From: Candidatus Binatia bacterium
GTDB lineage: Bacteria > Desulfobacterota > Binatia > UBA1149 > JAJCZL01
NCBI GenBank assembly: GCA_028278325.1
Contig: JANQEO010000361.1
Span: forward strand, 202 to 64,201
Direction of reading: 5' to 3'
Length of the DNA: 64,000 nucleotides
Made by a program: the position numbers and the translations under genes
Shown: positions 35,479-47,572 of the stretch, piece after piece
Layout of the letters: each line of letters starts with the position of its first letter
Position numbering within the stretch: position 1 is the stretch's first letter
Notes under the pieces: generated by a model
What the model was told of the DNA's origin: nothing
Databases searched by the model: none
What the model saw: the letters and a program-made list of their open reading frames with translations, nothing else

Positions 35479-36837
35479 TCAGGCCATCTCGGCGAGCAGG
35501 GCGAGGATCTCGTCGGTGCGGGCCTGGACCAGGGCCGGGTCGCCGCGCGCCTCCAGGTTCAGACGGATAACCGGCTCGGTATTCGACGCGCGCAGGTTGA
35601 AGCGCCAGTCGTCGAACTCCAGGCTGACGCCATCGGTCTCGTCTATGGCTATCGCGTCCGCCGCGTAGCGGGCCTTGATCGCCTCGATCGCGGCGCGCGC
35701 GTCCGCGACTTCGCGGTTGATCTCACCGCTGCTCGGATACTTCGCGATGCGTTCACCGACGAGTTCGGACAGCGATTTGCCCGACGTGCATAACAGCTGG
35801 GCCACCAGGAGCCACGGGATCATCCCGCTGTCGGCATAAGCGAAATCCCTGAAATAGTGGTGCGCGCTCATCTCGCCGCCGTAGACGGCGTCTACGCGGC
35901 GCATCGTCTCCTTGATGAACGAATGCCCGGACTTGCTTTGTACCGCCTCGCCGCCGGCGGCCCCGACGATGTCCAGCGTATTCCAGGTGAGCCGCGGATC
36001 GTGGACGATCCTCGCGCCAGCGTGGGTCTTGAGCAAGCTTGCGGCCAGCAGGCCGACGATGTAGTAGCCCTCGATGAATACACCGTTCTCGTCGAACAGG
36101 AAGCAGCGGTCAAAGTCACCGTCCCAGGCGATGCCCATGTCGGCGCCGTGCTGCACGACTGCATCGGCGGTCTCGCTGCGATTCTCGGGCAGCAGCGGGT
36201 TGGGAATGCCGTTCGGGAACCGGCCGTCGGGCTCGTTGTGTATCTTGACGAACTCGAAAGGCAGATGCGGCTCGAGGCCGTCTACGGCCATTCCCGCCGT
36301 GCCGTTGCCGGCGTTGACGACCAGCTTCAGCGGCCCGAGCTTGGCCGAATCCACGTAGCCGAGCATGTGGGCGACGTAGTCGTCGAACACGTTGATGCGC
36401 TGGCGGCTGCCAAAGCCCTTGTCGTCCTTGCGCTTGTCGCGTTCCGCGAGCTTGCGGATGTCCTGAAGACCGGTATCGCCGCTGATCGGCTTTGCGTCCT
36501 CGCGAACCAGTTTCAGGCCGTTGTAGTCGGCCGGATTGTGGCTGGCAGTTACCATAATGCCGCCATCGGCGGACAGGTGCCGGGTCGCGAAATAGACCAT
36601 CTCGGTGCCGCAGAGTCCGATGTCCAGCACCTCGACGCCCGCCTCGACCAGTCCGATAGCCACGGAATCGGCAAGCTCGGAGCTCGAGAGCCGCATGTCG
36701 CGGCCGACGACGATGCGATCGGCCGCCAGGAACTCGGCTGTGGCATTGCCGATACGATAGGCAATGTCGTCGTTGAGCTGCGTCGGAATCTGACCGCGCA
36801 CATCGTATGCCTTGAAGCAGTCGATCGAAATCGGCAT
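35479..36837 (-). CDS. manB: Phosphomannomutase/phosphoglucomutase
   Basis: I set the start at the ATG at 36837 ([15 protein letters not shown]); the ORF track extends to 37110. The product contains [17 protein letters not shown] (active-site Ser loop), [11 protein letters not shown] (Mg loop) and [11 protein letters not shown]. Confidence 0.9.
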   Translation of the reverse strand: MPISIDCFKAYDVRGQIPTQLNDDIAYRIGNATAEFLAADRIVVGRDMRLSSSELADSVAIGLVEAGVEVLDIGLCGTEMVYFATRHLSADGGIMVTASHNPADYNGLKLVREDAKPISGDTGLQDIRKLAERDKRKDDKGFGSRQRINVFDDYVAHMLGYVDSAKLGPLKLVVNAGNGTAGMAVDGLEPHLPFEFVKIHNEPDGRFPNGIPNPLLPENRSETADAVVQHGADMGIAWDGDFDRCFLFDENGVFIEGYYIVGLLAASLLKTHAGARIVHDPRLTWNTLDIVGAAGGEAVQSKSGHSFIKETMRRVDAVYGGEMSAHHYFRDFAYADSGMIPWLLVAQLLCTSGKSLSELVGERIAKYPSSGEINREVADARAAIEAIKARYAADAIAIDETDGVSLEFDDWRFNLRASNTEPVIRLNLEARGDPALVQARTDEILALLAEMA

Positions 36838-37143
36838 GCACTTGTGTCCGTTTGATAATGTCGAGGATTGGCCCAGCTGCGGGCCGAAAATCAATGCCTT
36901 ATAGTCGCATCCGGCGTTGTCGCGCGCAATCTTTGGTCCATTTGCACCAATCGTAAACAGGACTTCCCGAGATCGGGAGCCTGGCCCGCTTCCGTCGCCG
37001 ATTCGTGCGATTCTCGCACAGTCATTTGTTCGCACAGCGGATTTTGCGATCGAGCGGAATACCGGCTGTGTTTTGGAGTGAGGAGAGTCCGCCGTGCGGA
37101 CAAACGGCAAGCGAGACTCCGCGTAACCGGTGACTCATGCGGA

Positions 37144-38577
37144 CTAGGTATTCGTGCCGGCCCGCCCATAGTCGTCCTCGATCCGCACGATGTCGTCCTC
37201 GCCGAGGTAGTCGCCACACTGCACTTCGATGATGTGCAGCTCTATCTCCCCAGGGTTTTCGATGCGATGTACAGCTCCGATCGGGATGTAGCAGGACTCG
37301 TTGACGCCCAGGTCGAAGACCTCGTCATTGCGCGTGATGCGCGCGATTCCACGCACGACGACCCAGTGCTCGGCGCGGTGGGCGTGCTTCTGCAGCGACA
37401 AGACGGCGCCGGGTTTGACGATGAGCCGTTTGACCTGGAAGCCCTCTTCGGCGTCGATCGAGTCGTAGCTGCCCCAGGGACGGAATACCTGTCGATGCAG
37501 CTTGGGCTCGTCCCGGCCCATGCGCTCGAGCTCCTCCACGATCTTCTTGACGTCCTGGCTGTGGCCGCGCCTCGTCACCAGCACGGAGTCCTTGTCCTCC
37601 ACGATGACGAGATTCTTGACGCCGACCGCGGCAACCAGCCGGCTGCTGCCGCGGATCAGTGTCTTCTCGCAGTCGATCGCGAGCACGTCGCCGTCGACGC
37701 TGTTGCCGTGCTCGTCCTTCGGGCTCAGGTCGTGCACGGCTGACCAGGAGCCAACGTCGCTCCAGCCCGCATCGAGGGGCACGACCTTACCTCGATCAGT
37801 GCGCTCCATAACGGCGTAGTCGATCGAATCGCTCGGACAGGCCGCAAAGGCCCTGGCGTCTGGCCGAACGAAGTCCGTATCCACGATGGCCAGGTCGAAA
37901 GCTTGCGTCACGGCCTTGAGCGTTGCCGGTGCATACCGGCCCAGTTCTTCGAGCCAGGCATCGGCGCGCATGAGGAAGATCCCGGCATTCCAGAAGTGGC
38001 GATTGGTCTCGAGCAGCCTCACTGCGTTCTTCTTGTCCGGTTTCTCGATAAACGAGCCGATTGCTGCGGCCGAGTGCCCGAGTGAATCGCACTCGATGTA
38101 ACCGTAGCCCGTCGCCGGATAGGTCGGCACGATGCCGAAACAAACGAGCGCGCCGTCGGCCGCGGCCTCAGCCCCGATTTCGACGGCGGAGCGAAACGCA
38201 TCGACGTTTTCTATCACATGGTCAGCCGGAGACACGAGCATTAGCGGAATCTCACCCCCGCCGGCCTCTTTCAGAGCCAATAGCGCAGCCAGCGCAGTTG
38301 CGGGCGCCGTGTTTCGTCCAACGGGCTCGAGGACGATGGTCGCCTGCTTGCCAACCGCCATCAGCTGATCGGCGACCAGAAATCGATGCTCCTCGTTGCA
38401 CACCACGATGGGCTGGCCTGTGTCGACATCAGCCGCGTCGAGCCTGAGCGCCGTGTCCTGGAGCATGGTTCGCTCGCCGTTCATGGGCAGGAGCTGCTTC
38501 GGGTACGCGGCGCGGGAAACCGGCCAGAGCCTGCTGCCGTTGCCACCGGCGAGAATTACGTGCGAGACAGATAACAT
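37144..38577 (-). CDS. manC: Bifunctional mannose-1-phosphate guanylyltransferase / mannose-6-phosphate isomerase
   Basis: The N-terminus is MLSVSHVILAGGNGSRLWPVSR from the ATG at 38577; the ORF extends to 38610. The C-terminal cupin reads RPWGSYDSI...VKRLIVKPGAVLSLQKHAHRAEHWVVVRG...IPIGAVHRIENPG. Confidence 0.9.
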   Translation of the reverse strand: MLSVSHVILAGGNGSRLWPVSRAAYPKQLLPMNGERTMLQDTALRLDAADVDTGQPIVVCNEEHRFLVADQLMAVGKQATIVLEPVGRNTAPATALAALLALKEAGGGEIPLMLVSPADHVIENVDAFRSAVEIGAEAAADGALVCFGIVPTYPATGYGYIECDSLGHSAAAIGSFIEKPDKKNAVRLLETNRHFWNAGIFLMRADAWLEELGRYAPATLKAVTQAFDLAIVDTDFVRPDARAFAACPSDSIDYAVMERTDRGKVVPLDAGWSDVGSWSAVHDLSPKDEHGNSVDGDVLAIDCEKTLIRGSSRLVAAVGVKNLVIVEDKDSVLVTRRGHSQDVKKIVEELERMGRDEPKLHRQVFRPWGSYDSIDAEEGFQVKRLIVKPGAVLSLQKHAHRAEHWVVVRGIARITRNDEVFDLGVNESCYIPIGAVHRIENPGEIELHIIEVQCGDYLGEDDIVRIEDDYGRAGTNT

Positions 38578-38774
38578 AGTCCGGGCGACCTGATCCGATA
38601 GGTGTTCCACTTTACAGAATCGATACCAAACTAGCCTCTGATCTGGTTCTCATTCGAGGCTCAAAACCGCTTGCTTTTCTGCCTTCGAGCGCTCCGAATC
38701 GCTCCAGCTTGCCGTTCGATTGGCGGTCATTAACACGCCACTTTCCACTAACGTGACACCAGATCCCGCACCGG

Positions 38775-39737
38775 CTAGCCACTTGCGTCCGCGATTACGC
38801 CGGGTTCTTCACGCCAATGCTCGACGAACCACCTGTAGGTTTCTGTGATTCCATCGCGCAGCGACCACTCGGGCGCCCACCCAAGATCGCGGAGTCGTGA
38901 AACATCGAGCAGCTTTCGCGGCGTACCGTCAGGCCTGGTGGTATCGAAACTCAGCTCCCCGGTGAATCCCACGACATCGGCGACCAATGCCGCAAGCTCG
39001 CCGATTTCGATGTCTTGGCCGACCCCGACGTTGATAATCTCGGGGGCGCTGTAGTTTTCCGTCAAGTACAGCACCGCGCTTGCCAGATCGTCGGCGTACA
39101 GAAACTCGCGCTTTGGCCGGCCCGTTCCCCAAATCTCGACAACAGAAGATCCGTTGTACTTCGCTTCGTGGAATTTCCGAATCAGTGCCGGCAGCACATG
39201 GGAGTTCTCCAGGTCGAAGTTGTCGTTCGGGCCGAACAGGTTGGTGGGCATCAGGGAAATCGCGTCGAATCCGTACTGCTTTCGATAGGCTTGACACATC
39301 TTTATCCCGGCGATTTTCGCCACAGCATAGGCGTCGTTCGTCTGCTCGAGCGGTCCGGTCAGAAGGGAGTCTTCACAGATCGGCTGCTCCGCGAACTTCG
39401 GATAAATGCACGACGAGCCCAGAAACACGAACTTTCTCGCTCCTGATTCATAGGCGTACTGAATCAGATTCGTCTGGATTCGAAGGTTGTCTCTGATGAA
39501 GTCGGCCGAATACGTGTCGTTGGCGAGAATACCGCCGACCCTGGCAGCGGCATCGATCACGATTTCGGGTTTCTCCGATTGCAGGAACTCGGCGACCTCG
39601 GACTCCCTTGTCAGATCGACCTCTGACCTTGAACGCGTGATGACCTTCCGGAATCCCTGTCGTTGAAGCGCACGAACCACGGCGGATCCGACGAGCCCCC
39701 GGTGTCCCGCTACGAAGACAGACGAACCCTTATTCAT
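38775..39737 (-). CDS. fcl: GDP-L-fucose synthase (GDP-4-keto-6-deoxymannose 3,5-epimerase/4-reductase)
   Basis: The product contains [31 protein letters not shown] and [11 protein letters not shown]. It overlaps gmd by 8 nt. Confidence 0.9.
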   Translation of the reverse strand: MNKGSSVFVAGHRGLVGSAVVRALQRQGFRKVITRSRSEVDLTRESEVAEFLQSEKPEIVIDAAARVGGILANDTYSADFIRDNLRIQTNLIQYAYESGARKFVFLGSSCIYPKFAEQPICEDSLLTGPLEQTNDAYAVAKIAGIKMCQAYRKQYGFDAISLMPTNLFGPNDNFDLENSHVLPALIRKFHEAKYNGSSVVEIWGTGRPKREFLYADDLASAVLYLTENYSAPEIINVGVGQDIEIGELAALVADVVGFTGELSFDTTRPDGTPRKLLDVSRLRDLGWAPEWSLRDGITETYRWFVEHWREEPGVIADASG

Positions 39738-40815
39738 GGTAATTGTAGGCTCGAAAGCCCTCCCGCTCGATCAGGGCATCCCGTTCCGCCGCCTCAAAAT
39801 CCGCCTTTACCATCTCCTCGACCAGCTTCTCGAAGCTCGTAGCCGGCTTCCAACCCAGTCGGGTTTGTGCTTTCGACGCATCGCCCAGCAGCGTATCGAC
39901 TTCGGTCGGCCTGAAGTATCGCGGATCAATTCTGACTATAACTCTGCCGTCCTGATCAGTGCCTGTCTCTTCGGCACCGGAACCCTGCCATGTGACCTTC
40001 ATGCCCAACTGTTCGGCGGCAACCTGTACGAATTTCCGTACCGAATGCTGCTGCCCCGTCGCGATGACGAAATCCTCAGGCTGCTCTTGCTGCAGCATTA
40101 GCCACTGCATTTCGACGTAATCCCGAGCATGTCCCCAATCCCGAAGGGCGTCCATGTTGCCGAGGTAGAGGCAATCCTGAAGGCCCATCTTGATTCGCGC
40201 AAGGGCACGGGTGATCTTCCGGGTCACGAACGTCTCGCCGCGTATCGGCGACTCATGATTGAACAGAATTCCGTTGCAAGCGTACATTCCGTACGCCTCA
40301 CGATAGTTGACGGTGATCCAGTAGGAATAGAGCTTGGCAACTCCGTACGGCGATCGCGGGTAGAAAGGCGTCTTCTCGGTCTGAGGCGTTTCCTGGACCA
40401 TCCCATAGAGTTCGGAGGTCGATGCCTGATAGAAACGGGTCTTGCCTTCGAGACCAAGAATACGGATGGCCTCCAGAATGCGCAGCGTTCCCAGCGCATC
40501 CGCGTTCGCCGTGTACTCCGGCGTCTCGAACGAGACCGCAACGTGGCTCTGCGCTGCCAGGTTGTAGATTTCGTCGGGCTGAACTTCCTGGACGACCCGA
40601 ATCAGGTTCGTGGAATCGGTCAAGTCGCCGTAGTGCAGCCGAAAACGCTGCTCCGGTTCGTGCGGATCCTGATAGAGATGATCGATACGGTCAGTGTTGA
40701 ATGACGATGCCCGTCGCTTGATGCCGTGGACCTCGTATCCTTTCTTGAGCAGGAATTCGGAGAGGTAAGCCCCGTCTTGACCTGTCACTCCGGTGATGAG
40801 TGCAACTTTAGCCAT
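39730..40815 (-). CDS. gmd: GDP-mannose 4,6-dehydratase
   Basis: The product contains [57 protein letters not shown] and [24 protein letters not shown]. Confidence 0.95.
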   Translation of the reverse strand: MAKVALITGVTGQDGAYLSEFLLKKGYEVHGIKRRASSFNTDRIDHLYQDPHEPEQRFRLHYGDLTDSTNLIRVVQEVQPDEIYNLAAQSHVAVSFETPEYTANADALGTLRILEAIRILGLEGKTRFYQASTSELYGMVQETPQTEKTPFYPRSPYGVAKLYSYWITVNYREAYGMYACNGILFNHESPIRGETFVTRKITRALARIKMGLQDCLYLGNMDALRDWGHARDYVEMQWLMLQQEQPEDFVIATGQQHSVRKFVQVAAEQLGMKVTWQGSGAEETGTDQDGRVIVRIDPRYFRPTEVDTLLGDASKAQTRLGWKPATSFEKLVEEMVKADFEAAERDALIEREGFRAYNYHE

Positions 40816-41068
40816 GGACCTGTAAGACTCCTTAGGGCGTTTCGTTCAGCGGACCGATCCGAGTTGACGCGCGGACCGAATCGACGACTACGCGTCGTGG
40901 GTCTTTGCTCGGCGACTAGCGATGATCGCTATCCATGAGCCGAGTATTGTACCTGAGGTTTGTCGGGATCAAATGCGACAGGGGTCCATTCTTGACCGAG
41001 AGCGCCGTCAATATACAACGAAGGAACTAACCGCTCCGTCGGCCCGTCAAACCGGTCGCGGTTGCGGG

Positions 41069-42457
41069 CTAGCTGGACAGTGACACCCGGTCCGTCTTGC
41101 GCCGACCGTACGCCTGCTTCTCTTCCGGCGCATCGTTGCTGCGCCCGATCGCGAAATAGCGGATTCCGAAGCCCGACATCAGCTCCGGGTCGTAGAGATT
41201 ACGGCCGTCGAAGATCACCGGATCTGTCAGGGTCTTCTTGATGAGTTGGAAATCGGGGCTGCGGAATTCCTGCCATTCGGTGACGATAGCCAGCGCGTCG
41301 GCGCCTTCGATTGCGGCATGCGCGGACTCACAGAGTTCGAGGCCCGTCTGGTCTGGGTAGATGCGCCGGGTCTCGTCCATGGCCTCCGGATCGTAGGCCC
41401 GTACCGCCGCGCCCGCCTCCCAAAGCGCCTCCATCAGCGCGCGGCTGGACGCCTCGCGCATGTCGTCGGTCTTCGGTTTGAAGGACAGTCCCCATAGCGC
41501 AATGGTCTTGCCGCCCAGGTCGCCGGCGTAGAATTCCGAGATTTTCTCGAACAGGCGGCGCTTCTGACGCTCGTTCACGTCCTCGACGGCATCGAGCAAC
41601 CGGGCCTCGTAGCCCCAGTCCGCCGCGGAGCGGCCCAGCGCTCTCACGTCCTTCGGAAAACAAGACCCGCCGTAGCCGGCGCCGGGATAGATGAAGTGAT
41701 AGCCGATACGCGGGTCCGAGCCGATACCGATCCGCACCTTCTCGATGTCCGCTCCGCAGCGTTCGGCGATATTGGCCACCTCGTTCATGAAGCTGATCTT
41801 GGTCGCCAGCATGGCGTTGGCCGCGTACTTGGTCAGCTCGGCGGAGCGCACGTCCATCGCGATCATCCGGTCGTGACTGCGGTTGAAGGGCTCGTACAGC
41901 GCCCGCAGGAGCTCAGTGGTGCGCGGATTGTCCGTCCCGACGATGATTCGATCCGGCTTCATGAAATCGTCGATCGCCGCGCCTTCTTTCAGGAATTCCG
42001 GGTTTGAAACCACGTCGAATTCCAGCGCGGCCGAGCGCTCGTTGAGCGTCGCGCGTATCGCCTCTCGAACCTTGTCCGCGGTGCCAACCGGCACCGTGGA
42101 CTTGTCCACGATGATCCGATACTCGTTCATGTGCTCGCCGATCGACTTTGCGACGGCAAGTACGTGCTTCAGATCCGCCGAGCCGTCCTCGTCGGGCGGC
42201 GTGCCAACGGCGATGAACTGGAACAGGCCGTGGTCGACGCCCTTCTGGACGTCGGTCGTAAACTCGAGGCGGCCCGCTTCGGCGTTTCGCTCGAGGTAGT
42301 CGTCGAGGCCGGGCTCGTAGATCGGAACCTGACCTCGTTTCAACCGCTCGATCTTGTCCGCGTCGATGTCGACGCAGACGACGTGGTTGCCCATTTCCGC
42401 CATGCAGGCGCCGGTGACCAGACCGACGTAGCCGGAGCCGAAGATAGTCAGATTCAT
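41069..42457 (-). CDS. ugd: UDP-glucose 6-dehydrogenase
   Basis: The product contains [44 protein letters not shown] and [16 protein letters not shown]. Confidence 0.9.
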   Translation of the reverse strand: MNLTIFGSGYVGLVTGACMAEMGNHVVCVDIDADKIERLKRGQVPIYEPGLDDYLERNAEAGRLEFTTDVQKGVDHGLFQFIAVGTPPDEDGSADLKHVLAVAKSIGEHMNEYRIIVDKSTVPVGTADKVREAIRATLNERSAALEFDVVSNPEFLKEGAAIDDFMKPDRIIVGTDNPRTTELLRALYEPFNRSHDRMIAMDVRSAELTKYAANAMLATKISFMNEVANIAERCGADIEKVRIGIGSDPRIGYHFIYPGAGYGGSCFPKDVRALGRSAADWGYEARLLDAVEDVNERQKRRLFEKISEFYAGDLGGKTIALWGLSFKPKTDDMREASSRALMEALWEAGAAVRAYDPEAMDETRRIYPDQTGLELCESAHAAIEGADALAIVTEWQEFRSPDFQLIKKTLTDPVIFDGRNLYDPELMSGFGIRYFAIGRSNDAPEEKQAYGRRKTDRVSLSS

Positions 42458-42596
42458 TGCGTGTAGACCGATCCCTCCCTAGAAGCGGCGATTATACAAG
42501 GTGTGCTCGCAGCGTGATTGCGAAAGAGATCACAGCGCTGCCGATGAATTTGCCCGTGAAACCGGCATCAGCGCCTGAGGCTTTTTCTGCACGCTG

Positions 42597-44573
42597 CTAG
42601 CTCGTCCGGCGCTTGGACAGCTCCGTAACCGTCGCGCCCGGCTTGGCCGATGCAAGCGCTTGCCGCCGCTGCCAGACGAGGTCTTCGATGCCGTTCGTCG
42701 GCTGATACTCATCGACCGTATGCAAGAGGATCTGCCTTGCCGTCTCGCAGTCCGTCTGCTTCGATGCATCCCAAAGCCCGCGGATTCGGGGCTCGAGCTC
42801 GCTCCACGGCAGATAGTCCTCCGCGGCCCGCATGATCCTCTGATGCTCGGTCCCGACAACCTCGTTTCCGATCAGTAGCTCCTCGAAGAGCTTCTCGGCC
42901 GGGCGCAGGCCGGTGTACTGGATCTCGATATCGCCGTCGGGGTTGTCTTCGTCCCGCACCGTGAAGCCCATGAGATTGACCATCCGGTAAGCAAGATCGC
43001 GGATCAAAACCGGCTTGCCCATGTCCAGCACGAAGACATCGCCGCCCTGACCCATCGACCCAGCCTGTATAACGAGCTGGGCGGCTTCCGGTATCGTCAT
43101 GAAATAACGGATGATTTCCGGGTGGGTCACAGTGACCGGGCCTCCCTGACGGATCTGTTCCCGGAAAAGCGGCACGACGGAGCCGGATGACGCCAGCACG
43201 TTGCCGAAGCGGACCATGCAGAACGTCGTACTCTCCGACCGCTCCTGCAGCGCCTGAAGCACGAGCTCGGCAAACCGCTTCGTCGCACCCATGGTATTCG
43301 TCGGGTTGACCGCCTTGTCGGTGGAAATCAGGACAAAGGTCTCGACACCGGCCTCCATCGCCGCTTCCGCCGCATGCAGCGTCCCGAAAACGTTGTTGTG
43401 GATGCCCTCGAGCACGTTGTGCTCGACTATGGGCACGTGCTTGTAGGCGGCGGCATGATAAACGGTGTTCACGGAATAGGACCCGAGGAGGTTTCGCACC
43501 CTTGGCTTGTGATGCGCCGAGCCGAGCAGTGGAACGAGGTCGAAGTCCAGCGACTCGGTCTCCTTCAGCCGCCGCAGCTCTTTTTCGATGTTGTAGAGCG
43601 CGATTTCCGACATCTCCAACAGCACCAGGCTCCTCGGCTTCAATCTCGCGATCTGGCGACACAGCTCGGAGCCGATCGATCCACCCGCGCCCGTGACCAA
43701 GACGGATTTGTCGAAAACGCAGGCGTCCAACAGGCCCGGCACGGGCGGGACGGAATCACGGCCTAGCAGGTCTTCGACGTCCACTTCCTGGATGGAGTCG
43801 ACCCTCGCCCTGCCCGTCACCAGGTCACCGATGTCCGGGACCGTCTGTACGTGCACCGGCAGCGATTCGAGCTTCAGCAATATGTCGCGCCGGCGGCGAC
43901 GCGAAGCACTGGGAAGCGCGAGGAGGACTCTCGATACAGCCAGGTCCGAAACCAGCTCGGGGAGGGAGCGCGGCGAATGGACTTCGAGCCCGTTGAATAC
44001 GCTGCCCCATAGCCCGTCGTTGTCGTCGACGAAGCAAACCGGCACGTATTCGGAACTGCCGGCCAACGAGGTTGTGAGCCTTACGCCGGACTCACCCGCG
44101 CCATAGACGATGACGCGGTCTCCGCGCCGGCTCGAGCCGCGGAGTAGCAGGCGGCTCATCATTCGGCTGCCGGCAATCCAGATCAGCACGCCTGCCCAAA
44201 TGACCAGAATCGTGCGCAACGGCAGTTCCAGCGTCGGCAGCACTATGCTGACCAGCGTCAGAACTGCGGCCGAGAGCGCAGCTATCCGGAACGCATTCAC
44301 GAACAGGTCGAGGCCCATGAATCGAACCACGGACCGGTGCAGACCCATGCCCCACATGATCGGCAGCGTGACCAGGAGAGCGATGCCGGCAACGAGAGAC
44401 GCGAGCGTCGCGGAGGGCCACCCCGGCGCCAGAGTGACGGCGAGCGAAACGACGGCAATGACGGGGATAGCCACGGCGTCGGACGCCAGCATGATCGCCT
44501 GCTTCGCTGGCCTCGATAACTGGACTACCGTTGACCTGAACTGCCCCAAGGACCCTTGTATCTCGTCGCCCAC
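42597..44573 (-). CDS. Membrane-anchored CapD/WbpM/PglF-family UDP-GlcNAc 4,6-dehydratase
   Basis: The N-terminus has four TM segments, followed by a Rossmann region (VIVYGAGESG). The SDR core reads VLVTGAGGSIGSEL...STDKAVNPTNTMGATKR. Confidence 0.85.
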   Translation of the reverse strand: MGDEIQGSLGQFRSTVVQLSRPAKQAIMLASDAVAIPVIAVVSLAVTLAPGWPSATLASLVAGIALLVTLPIMWGMGLHRSVVRFMGLDLFVNAFRIAALSAAVLTLVSIVLPTLELPLRTILVIWAGVLIWIAGSRMMSRLLLRGSSRRGDRVIVYGAGESGVRLTTSLAGSSEYVPVCFVDDNDGLWGSVFNGLEVHSPRSLPELVSDLAVSRVLLALPSASRRRRRDILLKLESLPVHVQTVPDIGDLVTGRARVDSIQEVDVEDLLGRDSVPPVPGLLDACVFDKSVLVTGAGGSIGSELCRQIARLKPRSLVLLEMSEIALYNIEKELRRLKETESLDFDLVPLLGSAHHKPRVRNLLGSYSVNTVYHAAAYKHVPIVEHNVLEGIHNNVFGTLHAAEAAMEAGVETFVLISTDKAVNPTNTMGATKRFAELVLQALQERSESTTFCMVRFGNVLASSGSVVPLFREQIRQGGPVTVTHPEIIRYFMTIPEAAQLVIQAGSMGQGGDVFVLDMGKPVLIRDLAYRMVNLMGFTVRDEDNPDGDIEIQYTGLRPAEKLFEELLIGNEVVGTEHQRIMRAAEDYLPWSELEPRIRGLWDASKQTDCETARQILLHTVDEYQPTNGIEDLVWQRRQALASAKPGATVTELSKRRTS

Positions 44574-44910
44574 GCGTGCCCCAATGCAACATCAGCGAAA
44601 CATTGTTTTTCTGAGCTGCTTCAATGATTTGCCGATGCTTTTTCGTATAGTATAACGTTAACGGAGGGAAATGTGTGCATTATGTCCCAGATCATGTCGA
44701 ATCATGTCGGCGCCCTTTTCTCCTGCTCTGATCCCCGCTCGCAGCCGGTCCGAAACGCCGGCTGACCGGCATACGACGCCGGGACCGAGCCCCGTTATCA
44801 CCGGTGGGATAATGTCGCGATTGCAATCTGCCCGCAATGTTGTCGTTACCAGGAATGCCAATGGAAGATTTGATGTAGACTTGCGGCGCGCTCTTCCCGC
44901 CCGATGCCGG

Positions 44911-46011
44911 ATGAATCCTCAGACTGTTCACCTGATTGCCGCGGCACGCCCGAACTTCATGAAAGTCGCGCCGCTCTTTCACGCTTTGAAGGCCACGGAC
45001 TGGGCGAAGCCCGTGCTCGTTCATACCGGCCAGCACTACGATCACAACATGTCGGATGCCATCCTCGGCGACCTCGGAATCCCGACAACGGACTTTCATC
45101 TCGGGGTCGGCAGCGGTTCCCATGCCGAGCAGACCGGAAAGGTCATGATCGCCTACGAAGAACTGTGCCTCGACGCCCGCCCGGACTGGACAGTCGTCGT
45201 CGGCGACGTCAACTCGACGGCTGCGTGTGCCATGGTCGGCGCCAAGCTCTGGATTCCGGTCGTACATCTCGAGGCCGGGCTACGCAGCGGCGACCGCAGC
45301 ATGCCGGAGGAGATAAACCGGCTGGTAACCGACGCGATTTCGGACCTGTTGTGGACGCCGTCCGCCGATGCCGACGAAAACCTGTTGCGTGAGGGTGTCG
45401 CGCGAGACAAGATCGAGATGGTCGGCAACATCATGATCGACTCCTTCGAAATGCTGCGGGACAGGATCGAGGCCGCCGGCGCTCGCGAGGGCCTGGGGCT
45501 CGAGACCGGCGGCTATGCGCTGGTCACCCTGCACCGTCCCTCCAACGTGGATTCCGCGGAATCGCTGCAACCGATCGTCGAGGAATTGATCCTGACCGCC
45601 CGTAGGATGCCCGTCGTGTTCGTTGCGCATCCTCGCACGATCAACGCCTTACAGCGCTTCGGTCTCCATGAAGCGCTGTCCGCCGCCCCCGCTCTCGAGC
45701 TGCTCGAGCCCGTGCCATACATCCACTTTATGAACATCGTCGCCGGCGCCGGACTCGTCATCACCGATTCCGGCGGCCTGCAGGAGGAAACGACCTACCT
45801 CGACATCCCCTGCCTGACCTTGCGCGAGAACACCGAAAGGCCGATCACGGTCGCCCAGGGAACCAACCGCCTCGTACGCGCGACGAATCTCGCGGAGCAC
45901 GTCGACAAGGTTCTTGCAGGCGATTGGCCCAGCAGCATTTGCCCACCCTCGTGGGACGGCAACACGGCGCATCGGGCGGCGGAGTCGCTGCGGCGTCGCG
46001 CAGCTGTTTGA
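44911..46011 (+). CDS. wecB: UDP-N-acetylglucosamine 2-epimerase (non-hydrolysing)
   Basis: I set the start at the ATG at 44911 (MNPQTVHLIAAARPNFMKVAPL). The product contains TGQHYD, VVGDVNSTAACA, HLEAGLRSGDRSMPEEINR, SGGLQEE and ERP. Confidence 0.9.
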   Translation: MNPQTVHLIAAARPNFMKVAPLFHALKATDWAKPVLVHTGQHYDHNMSDAILGDLGIPTTDFHLGVGSGSHAEQTGKVMIAYEELCLDARPDWTVVVGDVNSTAACAMVGAKLWIPVVHLEAGLRSGDRSMPEEINRLVTDAISDLLWTPSADADENLLREGVARDKIEMVGNIMIDSFEMLRDRIEAAGAREGLGLETGGYALVTLHRPSNVDSAESLQPIVEELILTARRMPVVFVAHPRTINALQRFGLHEALSAAPALELLEPVPYIHFMNIVAGAGLVITDSGGLQEETTYLDIPCLTLRENTERPITVAQGTNRLVRATNLAEHVDKVLAGDWPSSICPPSWDGNTAHRAAESLRRRAAV

Positions 46012-46176
46012 TCCGCTGCGGCAGGTCCCGGGTTAGGTCGCCGAGCGTTGAAAACTCACGACGGTACCGGCACGGTGACTTGGAAAAGTCTGACGAAGTA
46101 CCGGCTGCAGAAGAATTGGGCGTTGGCAAAGACCCAGCAGGCAGTGACGAGCATCTTTGCTGCCCGTGGCGGAGAC

Positions 46177-47545
46177 ATGAGGAACACTTTCAGCGCTTCC
46201 GCTCATATCGCGCTGCCGGTGATTGGCTCGTCCAAAAAACTGCTCACCCTGCTGTCCGTCAGGGAACGCCGCCAGGCAGCCTTGCTGCTCGTGCTGATGG
46301 CCGTCATGGCTATTCTCGAGGCATTGGGCATCGCTGCAATAATGCCCTTTCTGGCCGTTCTGGGTAACCCCGAGCTGGTCAATTCCAACCCGTATCTCGC
46401 TCTTGTCTACGAAGCGCTGGGGTTTAGTTCGGATTCCGATTTCCTTTTCTTTCTCGGCTTGTCGGCTCTCGTCGTAGTGGTTGCCGCAACGCTCTTTCGA
46501 ACGCTGTCACACTACGCCATATCCAGATTCACGCAGATGTGACGCCACGCGATCGGCAGAAGACTTCTGGAGTTGTATCTACGTCAACCTTATCCGTTCT
46601 TCCTCGGACGCAACAGCGCCGAGTTGTCGAAGACCGTATTGTCGGAAGTCGATCAGGTAATCGCGAACGTGCTTTTGCCGGCGGCGGTTGTAGTCGCATA
46701 CTCGCTGGTCGTCCTCCTTATAGTGGTTGTGCTCGTCATGGTAGAACCGCTGCTGGCGTTTACGGCCGGAATCATCCTCCTTGTCTTATACGCCGCTATT
46801 TTCTTTGCGACCCGCCGCATCCTGCAGACAGCCGGAGCCGGCCGAGTCGAGGCAAATAGGCAGCGATTCATAGCCGCGAACGAGAGTCTGGGCGGTATCA
46901 AGGAGATCAAGCTGCTAGGCGCCGAGGCAGCTTATCTCGGGACGTTTCAGGACGCGTCGATGCGCTTCTCGAAACACCAGGTCACGAACCTCGTGATTGC
47001 CGATCGCCTCGATTCGTCGTCGAGGCGATCGGCGTGGGCGGAATCCTGCTACTGGCCTTGTACCTGTTGGCGACACGCGGTTCTCTGGGAGAGATATTCC
47101 CGCTGCTGGGTCTTTATACTCTCGCCGGATATCGCTTACTGCCTGCAATGCAGCGAATCTACGGCAGCCTGACGAACCTGCGCTTCGGCAGCGCGGCAAT
47201 CGACCGCATATACGACGATATGGTCTCGTTGGAAGTAACGGCCGAGACCACCGAAACTGTGGCGACGGTTCCGCTCGAGAAGCAGATCTGCCTCGTCGAC
47301 GTGGGTTTCAGCTACGACCAAAGCGGTCGGCGCGCAGTCAGCGGCGTCAACATCACGATTCCGCTTCGGTCGACGGTCGCCTTCGTTGGTCCCACAGGTT
47401 CCGGCAAGACGACCTTCGTGGACGTTCTCCTCGGTCTGCTTGCTCCGACCGAAGGTCATCTGCGCCTCGACGATACGGTGATTGGAGCCGACAACGTTCG
47501 CGGCTGGCAACAGAACCTCGGTTATGTACCGCAGCACATAGGCTT
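46177..47545 (+). pseudogene. Degraded fused TMD-NBD ABC exporter (MsbA-like type 1 exporter) with a nonsense codon, a frameshift and a 3' truncation
   Basis: The ATG at 46177 is preceded by GGAGA. The TMD reads through to ...HYAISRFTQM, then TGA at 46540-46542, and continues in the same frame as RHAIGRRLLELYLRQPYPFFLGRNSAELSK.... Near 47005-47035 the sense frame shifts from ...HQVTNLVIA to SPRFVVEAIGVGGILLLALY.... Walker A (GPTGSGKTT) is present. The sequence stops making sense after LGYVPQHI near 47545. No Q-loop, LSGGQ or Walker B follows, and the convergent GT4 gene ends at 47573. Confidence 0.75.
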
Positions 47546-47572
47546 CGACGCCGAGACGCCCCGGTTCCTTAC

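Noticed and set aside
46540-46542. The in-frame TGA in the ABC exporter might be a selenocysteine or programmed read-through codon.
   Set aside because: The same gene also carries a frameshift and lacks most of its NBD, so simple decay is the economical explanation. I did not notice an obvious SECIS-like hairpin immediately downstream, but I cannot fold RNA rigorously by eye.
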